Positions 43,960 through 54,435 of a stretch of DNA of 64,000 nt are shown here, piece after piece (the first letter of the stretch is position 1; each line of letters begins with the position of its first letter). A program made the translations under genes and the position numbers. The stretch covers positions 27,914-91,913 of the forward strand of contig CALIBN010000016.1 of the NCBI GenBank assembly GCA_938045545.1. The letters are read 5' to 3'. The DNA comes from an uncultured archaeon. Lineage in GTDB: Archaea; Thermoproteota; EX4484-205; JAAOZP01. The notes beneath the pieces were generated by a model, which worked only from the letters and a program-made list of their open reading frames with translations, ran no database searches and was not told the DNA's origin.

Positions 43960-44062
43960 AGCCCGGTGGAGCCAAGGCGCCGATTGTAATGGCAAGCATG
44001 GGGGGCTTTGGTGCAATTGACGAAGAAACCCCTTGATGAGAGTTCGAATCTCTCCCGGGCTA
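43960..44062 (+). tRNA. tRNA-Gln(TTG) with two introns: 10/11 (43970-43984) and 37/38 (44012-44027)
   Basis: AGCCCGG/CCGGGCT (A1:U72); BHBs CGGT-GG^A..GCCG-AT^T and CTTT-GG^T..GAAG-AA^A; spliced length 72 nt. Confidence 0.88.
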
Positions 44063-44365
44063 CTAAAAATTTATTCCTAATGGATTCGTTTAAATAGCGT
44101 GTCTTCTACTTTCTCTTCGCTTGCCAATGTTTTTTCAAGTTCTCTAGAACTACCGGAGAGAATCATGCTTTAAAGCAGTTCTAACGATCTCGTTCACCAC
44201 ACTACGATACCTTGCTTCAACTCGTCTGCGCTCTTTCTATATACTTCTCCATTATTGTTTTTTCATTAAGCCTGGGCTTGGATTGAAGTTTTCTCGTTTC
44301 AAGATTATGCTTGTACAATATTACAGGCAAAAAACTAATATAGGCTACAAAAGTATAATAAATGA

Positions 44366-45364
44366 GTGTATATGGAACCTGAAAAATTTCGCGAGTTTAT
44401 GAAGAAGGGTGCGGTTGTTTGCGTTCAGTTGACACCATTTAAGGAGGATGAGGATGTAGACTATGAAGGTTTAAGGGATAACACTACTTGGCTGGTTGAG
44501 GAGAGTAAGGGTGAACCTCTTGTACTGGTTCCCGTGGGGAGTACTGGGGAAAAGTACACGCTTTCGGATGAGGAGTGGAAGAAGGTGGTTAAGACAGTTG
44601 TCGATGCAGCTAACGGTAAAGTGCCTGTTATGCCTGGTGCCTCGCACCCTGGTACTAGGGTTGCTATTGAGCGGGCAAAGTATGCACAGGATATTGGTGC
44701 TGACGGTGTAATGGTTGTACTGCCATATTATCACGTTCCAGATGAAGAAGGATTATACTTACATTACAAGAGGATTTGTGATGCCATAAATATTGGTGTT
44801 ATGCCATACAATAATCCGGACGTTTCAAAAATCTATATGAAGCCACATCTTCTTAAAAGGCTTGTAGACAATACAAATAATATTATAGCCGTAAAGGAAA
44901 ATACGCCATTTATACTAACCTTGTACGAGCATATTAAAACTGTTGGAGACAAGGTGCCTATAATGCAGGGCAGAGGAGAATGGTGGTTTGCTGCAACCGC
45001 ATTCCTCGGAGTTAGAGGTTATATTTCAGGATATGCTAACTTCATGCCAAAGATCTGCTTTGACCTACTTAAAGCAGGATTAAACGGAGACTTTAAAGAA
45101 TTGAAGAAGATAATGCAGAAGAAACTTGACCCTTACGAAGAGTTCGTAGCTAAAATGTGTAAAAAATACGGTCCCTCAACAACAATATTACCTTATCCTT
45201 ACGTGAGCTCATATATGATATATGCTGTAATGAAGACTACCATGGACATTCTTGGACTAAAAGGAGAGCATATGAGGCTTCCACTACTAGATTTGAAAGA
45301 GGAAGATAAGAAGGAGCTTGAAAAAATAGTTTTCGAGAAACTTGGATTGACTAAGGTCAAATAA
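44366..45364 (+). CDS. DapA/DHDPS-family aldolase
   Basis: GSTGE, PYY, YNNP, AVKE; lower GC than flanks. Confidence 0.88.
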   Translation: MYMEPEKFREFMKKGAVVCVQLTPFKEDEDVDYEGLRDNTTWLVEESKGEPLVLVPVGSTGEKYTLSDEEWKKVVKTVVDAANGKVPVMPGASHPGTRVAIERAKYAQDIGADGVMVVLPYYHVPDEEGLYLHYKRICDAINIGVMPYNNPDVSKIYMKPHLLKRLVDNTNNIIAVKENTPFILTLYEHIKTVGDKVPIMQGRGEWWFAATAFLGVRGYISGYANFMPKICFDLLKAGLNGDFKELKKIMQKKLDPYEEFVAKMCKKYGPSTTILPYPYVSSYMIYAVMKTTMDILGLKGEHMRLPLLDLKEEDKKELEKIVFEKLGLTKVK

Positions 45365-45743
45365 TATATAACAACTCAACCTTTTTGGTGAATTTTTGCA
45401 TAAAAGATTTAAAGTTGCTATTCTAAATCTTTTACACCCACCTATTGATGTTGAAAAGAGTAGTCCTGAAGAGGCTGTTAAAGCTTCGAAGGATGCTGAC
45501 GCGATAACAGCGTGCCATTCCTTCCTCTTAGCTACATAAGCATTCGGCATAAATCAAGCATTTTTACGGTAACCTTTTCCCAAATATGGCTTCACTCAAT
45601 CTTCCCAAACGAGTTACAAATCAAGTATGAATTTGACTCTTAAGCTTTTTTCGACGCGCTGGAAAAGATCGCTGTCCATTCCCGGCTCTAGATTTTTCGG
45701 GAGACCCTGAATTCTCAATAGCACACATTATTTAAATTAGCGT

Positions 45744-47492
45744 TTATGAGATTAATTTTTCTAAAGCAGAGTATACGTCGCTCGCAGCTGTTTCTCTCCT
45801 CTTCCTGTTTTCCTTCAAGTATTTTCCAGCCAGGTTTTCGAAAACGCTTCTCGTAATGCGTCCTCCCCTAAACCTTTCGATAGTGCTGTTAATCATGTTT
45901 TTAGAGTCGCCGTTTATCTCCTCGAAGACCCTGTAGCGTCTCTCAACCTCCTCGCCGACTCTCCTGTTTATCCGCGAGACCTCCTCGATTGTTTTCAAAA
46001 TCTTTTTCTCAGCCCTCGATGTTCTCCGCTCGTATTCCCCAACCCTCTCCTTATACTCTCTGGAAGAAATCTTTCCAACAGCGTTTTTAACCCTAACTTC
46101 CTCCAAAAGGGTTTCGCAATCAACCTTTTCACGGAGGGCCTCAACCAGATCGTTCACAATCCTCTCAACCTCTTTCCCCCTCTTAGCTTCAACGGGCTTC
46201 GCCTCCTCCCCCCTGAAGATCTCAGCCACCATCAATATGAGCAGCACCAATAGGCCGAGGAGCATTGAGATGCTTTTACCAGCCTCGAGCTGAGCTAAGG
46301 AGAAGCTGATCTGAAACGGCTGAGCCAGTACGTCCGGCATAGCGTTACGCATCGTAAGAGAGAATACTCCACCGTTTTCGATGCTTGCAGCGGTTGATTC
46401 CGCTTCTATCCTCCAGCTTTTCTTGCTCTCCACCCTCACTTTTAAAGAGTATGTTTCAACGATATCCGTATAGTTGGGCAAGCCCCTCAGCCGAATAATG
46501 GTTAAACCCCAGCTCGAGCTGACAAGCATGTTTTTAACAGGGACGCTGTATTCAACTGTCGCTTCATACTCCTGGCCTGGTCTCAAGGAGTACCTCGAAT
46601 AAACCGTTATAACACTCGTATTGGCTGCTGTCGACGCACTAGCGAAGGTTTGAAGCATCCCCAGCGCATCCTTCACCTTAACTGATTGATTAATATTGGT
46701 AGGGACGTTTATCTTCAGTATTTCGCTCCTGTACGAGTTTCCGACGTATTTCAGCTTTAACACGTCTTTAACATTGACCTGGAGCTGCTCCGTAACAGTT
46801 ATCTCCCTAGCCAGGCTTTTTATAACACACCTGTCGAAAGGTTTAGAGAAAACTACTCTACCAGTCACATTGCCCACCGTCTTCGTCCTGAAATACTGGT
46901 TCCATAATCCTATTACAGTGTCGTTTAGAAAAATAGGGTTGAAGTACTGCAGAGAATACCCTTTAATCGCACCCGTGGTTAGGAAGGTGAAGTTAACGTA
47001 TTCAGGCATGATGCTGAAGCCCGTTAAAACCGGTAGCTTAAACCCCACGTAGTCCTCAGCAACATCGTCGCGTTGAACCAGGCCGAACCTGACTGTAGCG
47101 TTCAACCGTTCACCCTGAAAAGGAGGAATCTCCGCGACCAAGTAATCGTAATCCTCATCCTCCTCAAGCCTCAAAGCTATTTTCTCCCCGTTCTCAAGGA
47201 ATAGCTTAGGCATGTCTGTGGATGAAACAAGGTTTGGAGCCGCCCATTTCGGAAGCTGTATCTTAAAAGTCCAATTTGCCTCGCCTAATTCTCTTATCGT
47301 CTTTGGCCCCATCGTCAGGTTCACGTTGAAAAAGGTAATCGCCTCCTCATTCATATTGGCCTTCACATAAACATAGAGGTCTGACAGCTCGAAGAACTGG
47401 CCTGAAGTCTTTATGCTTAGGAGAGGGCTGGAGACCAGTATTAGAACCAGCATGGGGACTAGCGTAAACCCGGTTTTTCTACGCGGTTGCAT
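45744..47492 (-). CDS. Ribophorin-I-like membrane protein
   Basis: Signal peptide, beta-rich ectodomain with LAREITV and RYSLRPGQEY..VEY, single TM, helical cytoplasmic domain. Confidence 0.5.
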   Translation of the reverse strand: MQPRRKTGFTLVPMLVLILVSSPLLSIKTSGQFFELSDLYVYVKANMNEEAITFFNVNLTMGPKTIRELGEANWTFKIQLPKWAAPNLVSSTDMPKLFLENGEKIALRLEEDEDYDYLVAEIPPFQGERLNATVRFGLVQRDDVAEDYVGFKLPVLTGFSIMPEYVNFTFLTTGAIKGYSLQYFNPIFLNDTVIGLWNQYFRTKTVGNVTGRVVFSKPFDRCVIKSLAREITVTEQLQVNVKDVLKLKYVGNSYRSEILKINVPTNINQSVKVKDALGMLQTFASASTAANTSVITVYSRYSLRPGQEYEATVEYSVPVKNMLVSSSWGLTIIRLRGLPNYTDIVETYSLKVRVESKKSWRIEAESTAASIENGGVFSLTMRNAMPDVLAQPFQISFSLAQLEAGKSISMLLGLLVLLILMVAEIFRGEEAKPVEAKRGKEVERIVNDLVEALREKVDCETLLEEVRVKNAVGKISSREYKERVGEYERRTSRAEKKILKTIEEVSRINRRVGEEVERRYRVFEEINGDSKNMINSTIERFRGGRITRSVFENLAGKYLKENRKRRETAASDVYSALEKLIS

Positions 47493-47554
47493 CGCTAGCC
47501 GTATTTACACGAGGGTTAAAAATCTTTATTTTAAAGCCAAGCTGAGCTTAAACG

Positions 47555-48271
47555 ATGCTTAAAAACTACGTGTCGAAGAAGGCTATTATTCACGAGACAG
47601 TCAGGCTTGAAGGGAACAATCTGGTTCTTGGAAAGAGCGAGATAGGGGAGGGAACCTACATCGGGTTCAACACGATAATAGGATACCCTTCTAAGAGGAG
47701 TTTTTCAAGCTTAGGAGTCATGCCGGAAGACCTCAGCGTTCTCGACGAACTGTCAAGCGGGGCGAAAATAAGCTCTGCGTGTCTAATAAGGTCTGGAAGC
47801 GTGATTTACGAAGACGTGGTTATCGGCAAGCGCCTTGTAACCGGACACAACGTCCTAATAAGAGAGGGAAGCCGAATCGGGGAGAACTGTCTGATAGGCA
47901 CGGGCTCCATGCTCGACGGAAGCGTTTCCATAGGTAACAACGTTAAAATACAATCAGGCGTGTACCTTCCACATGGTACCGTTGTCGGCGAAAACGTCTT
48001 CATAGGACCTTACGCATGCATCACTAACGATCGCTACCCAGCCTCCGGCAGGCTGACTCCCGTGGTGATAGGCAACGGATGCGTAATAGGAGCTAACTCG
48101 ACACTCATATCTGGAGTACATATCGGCGATAACTCTGTGGTGGCAGCGGGCTCCGTGGTGACTAAGGATGTTTCTCCAAACACTGTTGTCCTAGGCGTAC
48201 CGGCAAGGGCTTATATGACTAGAGAGGAATACGAAATCAGAAAGAAGAGATATGAGCGTAACAACCCTTAA
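47555..48271 (+). CDS. Hexapeptide-repeat (LbH) sugar acyltransferase
   Basis: IG repeats, ITNDRYP, GSVVTKDV, GVPAR. Confidence 0.9.
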   Translation: MLKNYVSKKAIIHETVRLEGNNLVLGKSEIGEGTYIGFNTIIGYPSKRSFSSLGVMPEDLSVLDELSSGAKISSACLIRSGSVIYEDVVIGKRLVTGHNVLIREGSRIGENCLIGTGSMLDGSVSIGNNVKIQSGVYLPHGTVVGENVFIGPYACITNDRYPASGRLTPVVIGNGCVIGANSTLISGVHIGDNSVVAAGSVVTKDVSPNTVVLGVPARAYMTREEYEIRKKRYERNNP

Positions 48272-48985
48272 TGCCCTTCGAGAAAATGGTGCACCAATAT
48301 TGGACATTATGCTAAGCAGAGGGACAGATGTGAAAACATCATGTGCCCGAACCGGCCTCATAGCCTCTTTATCCCGTGTTTCGCAAAGATAACGCCGCAG
48401 AACTCCTTCCGCTCCTTCCTTCGAGGTGCTATAAGCTTTATATATAAACCCATATTTTACGATGAGCTCCTCGACCCTTCTCTTGATCTCCTCAAATTCC
48501 CTCTTTCGCCCATACTGCTCACGTGAACTCCGATATAAAGCTGGAATCGCAGTCGGCATCATCGATGCCCACTTGACCTCGACCTCGTATTCCTTCAATA
48601 TCCTCTTAGCAACCTCGTCAAACCACAACAGCCTAAGAAATGCCTGTCAGTAAGATTTCTTAAGATGCTTCTCAAAAATTCCTCCCGTTGAGGTAGTCCT
48701 CGCCTTTTCTTTATCAAGGGCATTCAATACCCTCTCCTCCTTATTATTGCCCCTTGCTTTGGCTAACTTATACCGATAACTCTTAACTAAGCATTCGCCT
48801 ATGTAATCTCGGGCCTTATCCAATGTCTTCGATTTCACGGCCACCACTCCGTTTGTATCCTTCGTAATGAACCTAGGTGGTTTAGGTTCCCCCAAAAAGG
48901 GGAATCCTAGCATTAGTTGCTTCTGGTATTCGGTTTCCAGTGCTCTATCAATTCCGACATCGGTCAAGCTACGGAAGTGCACCAA
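48191..48985 (-). pseudogene. Unidentified basic protein split by an in-frame stop
   Basis: ORFs 48647-48985 and 48191-48628 are in the same frame, separated by TGA. Confidence 0.45.
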
Positions 48986-49187
48986 CTACGATTATCCTAG
49001 GCTCACCTCATTCTAGATACCCCCGAGGGTCTTAGGGCTGGTGAGCTTTACAGGCTAGAGGTACCCGGGAAACCGGGACTTAATGCTGCCCGCACCTAAG
49101 ATGCCGATGGTAACGCCTAAGGTAACACTAGGTTCTTCAACTTGACTTCCAGCAGGCTGGAGGATTTATATATAGCTAGGGAAGAAT

Positions 49188-49502
49188 ATGAGGCGAGGAG
49201 GAGGAAGCATGAGCAAGGAGTCTGACGTGCTTTCAGAGGTTAAGAAGGCTGTTTCCAATGTTGTCGACCCCGAGATAGGGCTAACCCTTGGGGAACTAAA
49301 CCTTATCAAAGACGTTAGAAGAGAGGATGACAGGATAGTCGTGGAATTCATAGCGACGACGCCGCTGTGTCCATTGGGCGAGGTTTTGGCTCTAATGGTT
49401 AAAGACGCGGCCAGCGCTGCTTCTGAAGGCAAGAAGGTACAGGTCTACATTAGGAACCACCTTGACGAAAAAGGTATCAACGAGCGGATTAACAGAGAAT
49501 AG
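49188..49502 (+). CDS. DUF59/MIP18 Fe-S assembly protein
   Basis: VVDPEIG..ELNLI..TTPLCP. Confidence 0.88.
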   Translation: MRRGGGSMSKESDVLSEVKKAVSNVVDPEIGLTLGELNLIKDVRREDDRIVVEFIATTPLCPLGEVLALMVKDAASAASEGKKVQVYIRNHLDEKGINERINRE

Positions 49503-49769
49503 TGGAGCCTATACCTTAAGGTCCTTATACTCCATATTGATCAGCACGTTCACTATCAAGAGTCTATATTAATCCTTTCTGTCGGAAATTTCCGCCGACT
49601 CCAAGCACAAATTTTTCGCTTTCACGATCCATAAAACAATGCCTGAAGCTTCTTCCAATATGGTGGGAAAGTCGATGAATCAAGAGATTACGGGAAGGTA
49701 AAGAACAGATTTTAAATGACATGCGGTAAGGCGTCAAGGTTTGAAACTTAGGCGGTGTGAGTTGCAGAT

Positions 49770-50388
49770 ATGGTTGGCAGTAAGAAAAAGAAGATGATCG
49801 AAAAGGAGATTGAAGAAAAGATCGGCGAGGAATTAGGTTTTATAGGCGAGATCGGAAATTCTTCCCAGCTGCCCCGGGAGGAACGGCGTATGGACGAAAC
49901 TTGGTTGATGGTCCAGAAGGGTCTCAAGTACATACCTGATATCATCGACTCGATGTCCTATTTCTCTCTAAATAGGATCATGAAGGAACTAGGCCTTGAT
50001 CAAGAGTCCGGCTGGAAGCGCCTTCGGAAATACAACGAGTTATTGAAGAAGGGAATGGAGAAGACATATCCTTATGCGGCTGTGCTTATGGATAAGGAAG
50101 CCCATAGTGAGGAACGATGCATATTTCAGGAGGAGAACTCAGCTTCCGTATGGTCTCCTCTGGCCGGTCGAAGTGTTCGGTTTAGAGGAGGTGATGGATG
50201 AGGTTAAGGTCCTCCTTAAGGAAGGGCTATTCTCGAAAGTCAATCCTGAGGACAGGGAAATCGTAAATAAGTGGTTGAAGCGCTACCGCATCAGCAAGAA
50301 GGAACTTAAGGAGAAAACAGAGGAGCAGCTTATTGACGAGTATACATTGTTCCTCAATGAATACGTAAGACATTCCTGTATTCTTTAA
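49770..50388 (+). pseudogene. Hypothetical protein, frameshifted
   Basis: Two overlapping ORFs (49770-50201, 50074-50388) with consistent coding composition. Confidence 0.45.
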
Positions 50389-51021
50389 TCAGATTGTAAA
50401 CCATCCCCGCGTAAAACGGCAGTGTCAGCATCATTAAAACCATCATGTAAATCGCTTGAGAAAGCAACCCGAATCGAGAGATCACGGAGCAACCCCCGCC
50501 AAGGAGTAGTATGAACGATAGTGATAATGCGAGGAGAGCTAGGAATAGTATGCTTCTCCTCTTTACCTTGAACTGTGTAATCATTACTCCGAGAAGATAA
50601 TGGATTGAGAAGAATAGCCAAGCGCTGAGGAACATAGGGTGGCTCATGGTTTTTCCCTGTTCTCCCTATGGTCCTGCCTCTAGAACCTTACTGCAAGCGA
50701 CGTAATAAACGGGGTGATAACTCATACCACTTCATAGACAAATCCTGAGATACCTCACGCGGGTCACTGAGCCTTCCCCTGTAAAGGTTCTTAGACACTC
50801 TTATCATCCGTTTCTCAAACTCTGTGTAGCGGATAGTAGAACCCTCCTCCATCACCACACTCCCCCACAAGCCGAGTATACTGATAAGAAAATGCTACAT
50901 GGTTTAAAAGTCTTTGCGGGGTTTAACTTGTTCGGACAGCAAATTTTAATGTTAACTTAATAAAGCCCCTATCTTAGCCCTCCATGGCACACTTAGAGGA
51001 AAGAGCCTCTTGAGAATGGTT

Positions 51022-51297
51022 TTATTCCTCAATTGCTTTTTTAATTTCTTCCACTTCTTTTGAGAGCTCATCTAATTTTGATTTTATATTTTTAATCTCG
51101 GATAACAATTCGATTTTCTCTCTCTTCGATGGTCTTAATCCGAAGCCTATTCCAAATGTTATTAAAAAGGCTAGGAAGATGAGTAATCCTACGAATACAT
51201 AGTTTCCAAGTGTTGCACCTCCTGTCCAAACAAAAATAACAGATATTATGGCTGTAGAGACCCAGCAACTAAGGATGGTCACGGCTCTAATTTCCAT
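51022..51297 (-). CDS. Small 2-TM protein with C-terminal coiled coil
   Basis: Two hydrophobic helices; coupled to the ArsR gene. Confidence 0.7.
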   Translation of the reverse strand: MEIRAVTILSCWVSTAIISVIFVWTGGATLGNYVFVGLLIFLAFLITFGIGFGLRPSKREKIELLSEIKNIKSKLDELSKEVEEIKKAIEE

Positions 51298-51595
51298 TAT
51301 TTCTTACCTCCTTCTTAAGAAATTCAGGTGAGACATGAATGTCGAAGCTTTGAAGCCTATAATACCTAAGGGCTTTTGCTTCTCCTTCAACCAGGACTAC
51401 TCGGCTCTTAACTATGCCTGCATTTTCAAGCTTTTTGAGATGGATTTTTGCCAAAGCCCTATTGATTCCCAGTCTATTCGCAATTTCGTTTAAATACATC
51501 TCCTCTCCCTCCATTGCTAATAGACCTATTATTTTCAGCCTTAACGGGTGTCCTAACGCCTTCATTTCCTTCGCTAACACTTCTAATTCGGACAT
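51287..51595 (-). CDS. ArsR-family HTH regulator
   Basis: KALGHPLRLKII..HLKKLENAGIV. Confidence 0.88.
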   Translation of the reverse strand: MSELEVLAKEMKALGHPLRLKIIGLLAMEGEEMYLNEIANRLGINRALAKIHLKKLENAGIVKSRVVLVEGEAKALRYYRLQSFDIHVSPEFLKKEVRNNGN

Positions 51596-51918
51596 GCATA
51601 CTCAAACCACAATATTACATGTAACAAAAAGGTTACTTAAATATTTTTCCCTAAGCCTAACACTAAATGAGTAAGAAAACAAGGAATCTTTATTTGGAAA
51701 TTGTAGAAATCGTTTATCTAGAAACGATGTGTTAGAGGTAAACTGGGTAAATGAGCTCTTCAATTGCAATATCGACATTCTTGCTTGAACTAGTGCTTGC
51801 CCCCACCTGTCTCTTAGCAGCATACGATCAGGCTTCATTCTCTACAGATAGGCAACTCCCGATTTATCCGTAGCGCTACGAAGGTTTCATGGCGCGATAT
51901 ACTAGTGGTCTGCAGAAG

Positions 51919-52968
51919 CTAGTATACTTTATATCTTAGAATCCCCCCTATGCCGCCTAGCCTCCTGAATTTCTCCGCCGACTCGTGTCTGCCGCTCACT
52001 ATTGCTACTTCCCCGCCGTATTGCTCAACAAGCCTTATCATCTCCATCATTCTCTCCCTCAGGGAGCCTGACTGGGAGGCCAGCTTAACATGTATTATCA
52101 GCTGGCTTACAGCTCCCTTTTCAACAGCCTTCCAGGTTTCCTCCAGACCGTAGACAGCCTTCTCCTCAACCAGACTCTTGAAGAAGCTTTCTATAGCCGT
52201 TATCTCGTCGACAATCTTCAACTCCCTCGCTACAACCTTCATCTCGTTACTCCTCAGAAACTCGTTTACCGCCGATATTGTTCCCCCGGAGGAATGGAAG
52301 CATCCGGCTACCGAGGCTTGAAGATCCCTATACTTTTCTCCCATGAATTTCAAAAGGGCTTCGCGCGTGACGCTGGGGCCTACCAGAATTATCTTCGGCT
52401 TACCCTCCTTAATCCAGATGCTTCTAAGGGTCTTCGAAACCTCGTGGAAAAACCTTACGGCCATGGCTTCACGCTCCTCAGGAAAGTTTTTACCGGGAAT
52501 GTTCTGCTCAACCTCAAGGCTCTCAACAACACCGTAGTCCTTCACAACAGTCAGCGTAGCGTTTCCAAGCTCAACCGCCATGACAATATACTTCTTCGTG
52601 TCCACATCCCGGCTTAGAATCTTCCTGTGAATGGGAGAGAGATCCTGCTTCTCAACCATAACCCTGTCCCCAACGCCTATTGTCAGAGTATGATAGTGAC
52701 CGAGAACACCCTCCATGTCCTCAGGGCATTCTAAAACCCTGCCCCTTAGCCGAATGGTCTCCGACGAGACTTCGAACTCAACATTTTCAACCATTATTTT
52801 CAAAAGGGCCTTACGCCTGCTCTTCTCGCCCTCATCTATTTTCAATATTCGCACGGTTTCCGCCGAAGCCAGATCACCCCTGTCGATAAGATGGTAAGCC
52901 TTCCACAATTCCTCTTCCGAGAATGGCCTAATCTCTAAAACCTTCTTGTCGTAGTCGACTTTAATCAT
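51919..52968 (-). CDS. pelA: Pelota/Dom34 ribosome rescue factor
   Basis: LRGRV, GHYHTL, IPGK, AVYG, LGGIGGILRY. Confidence 0.92.
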   Translation of the reverse strand: MIKVDYDKKVLEIRPFSEEELWKAYHLIDRGDLASAETVRILKIDEGEKSRRKALLKIMVENVEFEVSSETIRLRGRVLECPEDMEGVLGHYHTLTIGVGDRVMVEKQDLSPIHRKILSRDVDTKKYIVMAVELGNATLTVVKDYGVVESLEVEQNIPGKNFPEEREAMAVRFFHEVSKTLRSIWIKEGKPKIILVGPSVTREALLKFMGEKYRDLQASVAGCFHSSGGTISAVNEFLRSNEMKVVARELKIVDEITAIESFFKSLVEEKAVYGLEETWKAVEKGAVSQLIIHVKLASQSGSLRERMMEMIRLVEQYGGEVAIVSGRHESAEKFRRLGGIGGILRYKVY

Positions 52969-52977
52969 TAAACGTTT

Positions 52978-53072
52978 CTCCCTCGTTTAACAACGTAGCC
53001 ATCCGCTAACCCAGCTTTTGAGTAGGCAGCAAATATAAGCATTATCATGGATCTTAAGATAAACCGTTGCTA
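52978..53072 (+). repeat. Imperfect repeat of the pelota upstream region (copy at 57403-57485)
   Basis: CTCCCTCGTTTAACAACGTAG(G)CCATCCG..ACCCAGC..ACCGTTGCTA in both copies. Confidence 0.75.
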
Positions 53073-53229
53073 AAGCCCAGTAATGAGGCCACTTGACTCG
53101 CGCAAAGGACATCGGTATGCGCTAATCCTAATACACTTTTTTCATGAGCCGCATCTAGCCGAAAATGCTTGAAATAAGCTAAAGAAATAAGGGAAAAGGA
53201 TATATTTGTTGAAGATTATTGATTGAGCT

Positions 53230-54435
53230 GTGGGCGATGATAAAATGAGTTGGAGAAATACGGCTAAAATCTCTGGCGGTGTTTATTGGATTGGCGCGAG
53301 AGACTGGAACCGCAGGCTGTTTGACGCTTTAATTCCGCTTCCCAAAGGAACCACCTATAATTCATATTTGATAATTGGTGAAAGCGAAAAGGCGTTAATC
53401 GATACGGTAAATCCAGGTTTCGAAAAAGAGTTTGAAGAGAAAATCCGCAATTTTGTAGATCCAAGCGAAATTGATTACGTGGTTATGAACCATGCTGAAC
53501 CTGACCATGCTGGTGCCATTCCATATCTAATGGAAATCAACAGTAAAGCTAGGCTGGTGACCACGAGTAAAGGCGCCAAGATGGCTCAAACCTTCTATAA
53601 AGTGCCGGAAGAACGGATAAAGGTAGTTCAAGACCAAGAAACCATTAGCCTAGGCGGAAAAACTCTACTTTTCATCGAAGCGCCGATGCTACACTGGCCG
53701 GAAACTATGTTCACCTACCTCCAGGAAGACAAAATTCTGTTCCCATGCGATTTCTTTGGCTCCCACGTAGCCCAAGGACTGTATGATGAAGAAGTAGAAG
53801 ATTTGATCGTTCACGCTCAAAGATATTGGGGTGAAATAATGATGCCCTTCCGAGTTATGGCTCAAAGGGCCCTAGAGAAAATAAAGAGTTTGGAAATAAA
53901 AACGATAGCGCCAAGTCACGGACCTATTCATAAAAACCCTGAACGCATTCTTAAGGCTTACAGCAAATGGGCAAACGGGGAAACAAAACATAAGGCAACT
54001 ATAGCTTACGTGACGATGTGGAACAGTACCGAAAAGATGATTCAGCCAATTGTCGAAACATTAGCGTCGGAAGGTATTGAAATCGCATTATACAATCTGG
54101 CTTCAGCCGACATAGGCGACTTAGCAAAGGATTTGGTTGATTCGAGAGCCATTGTTTTAGGCGCACCGACAGTGCTGGGCGGTGCACACCCGTTAGCCGT
54201 ATATGCAACCTATCTGGTAAAAGCCCTACGCCCACCGTTAAAATTAGGAGTTGTTTTAAGTTCGTACGGTTGGGCCGCAGGCACCGTAAAACACATCCAA
54301 GAAACACTTGGGTCATCAAAAATCGAAGTCGTTGGGGCAATAGAAATAAACGGCCCGCCGAAACAGGAAGATATTAAACAAGTCATAGAAGTTGGTAAGA
54401 CCCTTGCCAGAAGAATTAAGGAGGAAATGCCGTAA
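53230..54435 (+). CDS. fprA: Flavodiiron protein (FprA)
   Basis: GTTYNSY, NHAEPDH, HWPET, PSHG, C-terminal flavodoxin. Confidence 0.94.
   Translation: MGDDKMSWRNTAKISGGVYWIGARDWNRRLFDALIPLPKGTTYNSYLIIGESEKALIDTVNPGFEKEFEEKIRNFVDPSEIDYVVMNHAEPDHAGAIPYLMEINSKARLVTTSKGAKMAQTFYKVPEERIKVVQDQETISLGGKTLLFIEAPMLHWPETMFTYLQEDKILFPCDFFGSHVAQGLYDEEVEDLIVHAQRYWGEIMMPFRVMAQRALEKIKSLEIKTIAPSHGPIHKNPERILKAYSKWANGETKHKATIAYVTMWNSTEKMIQPIVETLASEGIEIALYNLASADIGDLAKDLVDSRAIVLGAPTVLGGAHPLAVYATYLVKALRPPLKLGVVLSSYGWAAGTVKHIQETLGSSKIEVVGAIEINGPPKQEDIKQVIEVGKTLARRIKEEMP

Noticed and set aside
49050-49105. Twister-ribozyme-like TTAATGCTGC/GAGGT elements
   Set aside because: T1/T2 pseudoknot and P4 loop do not fit the consensus register.
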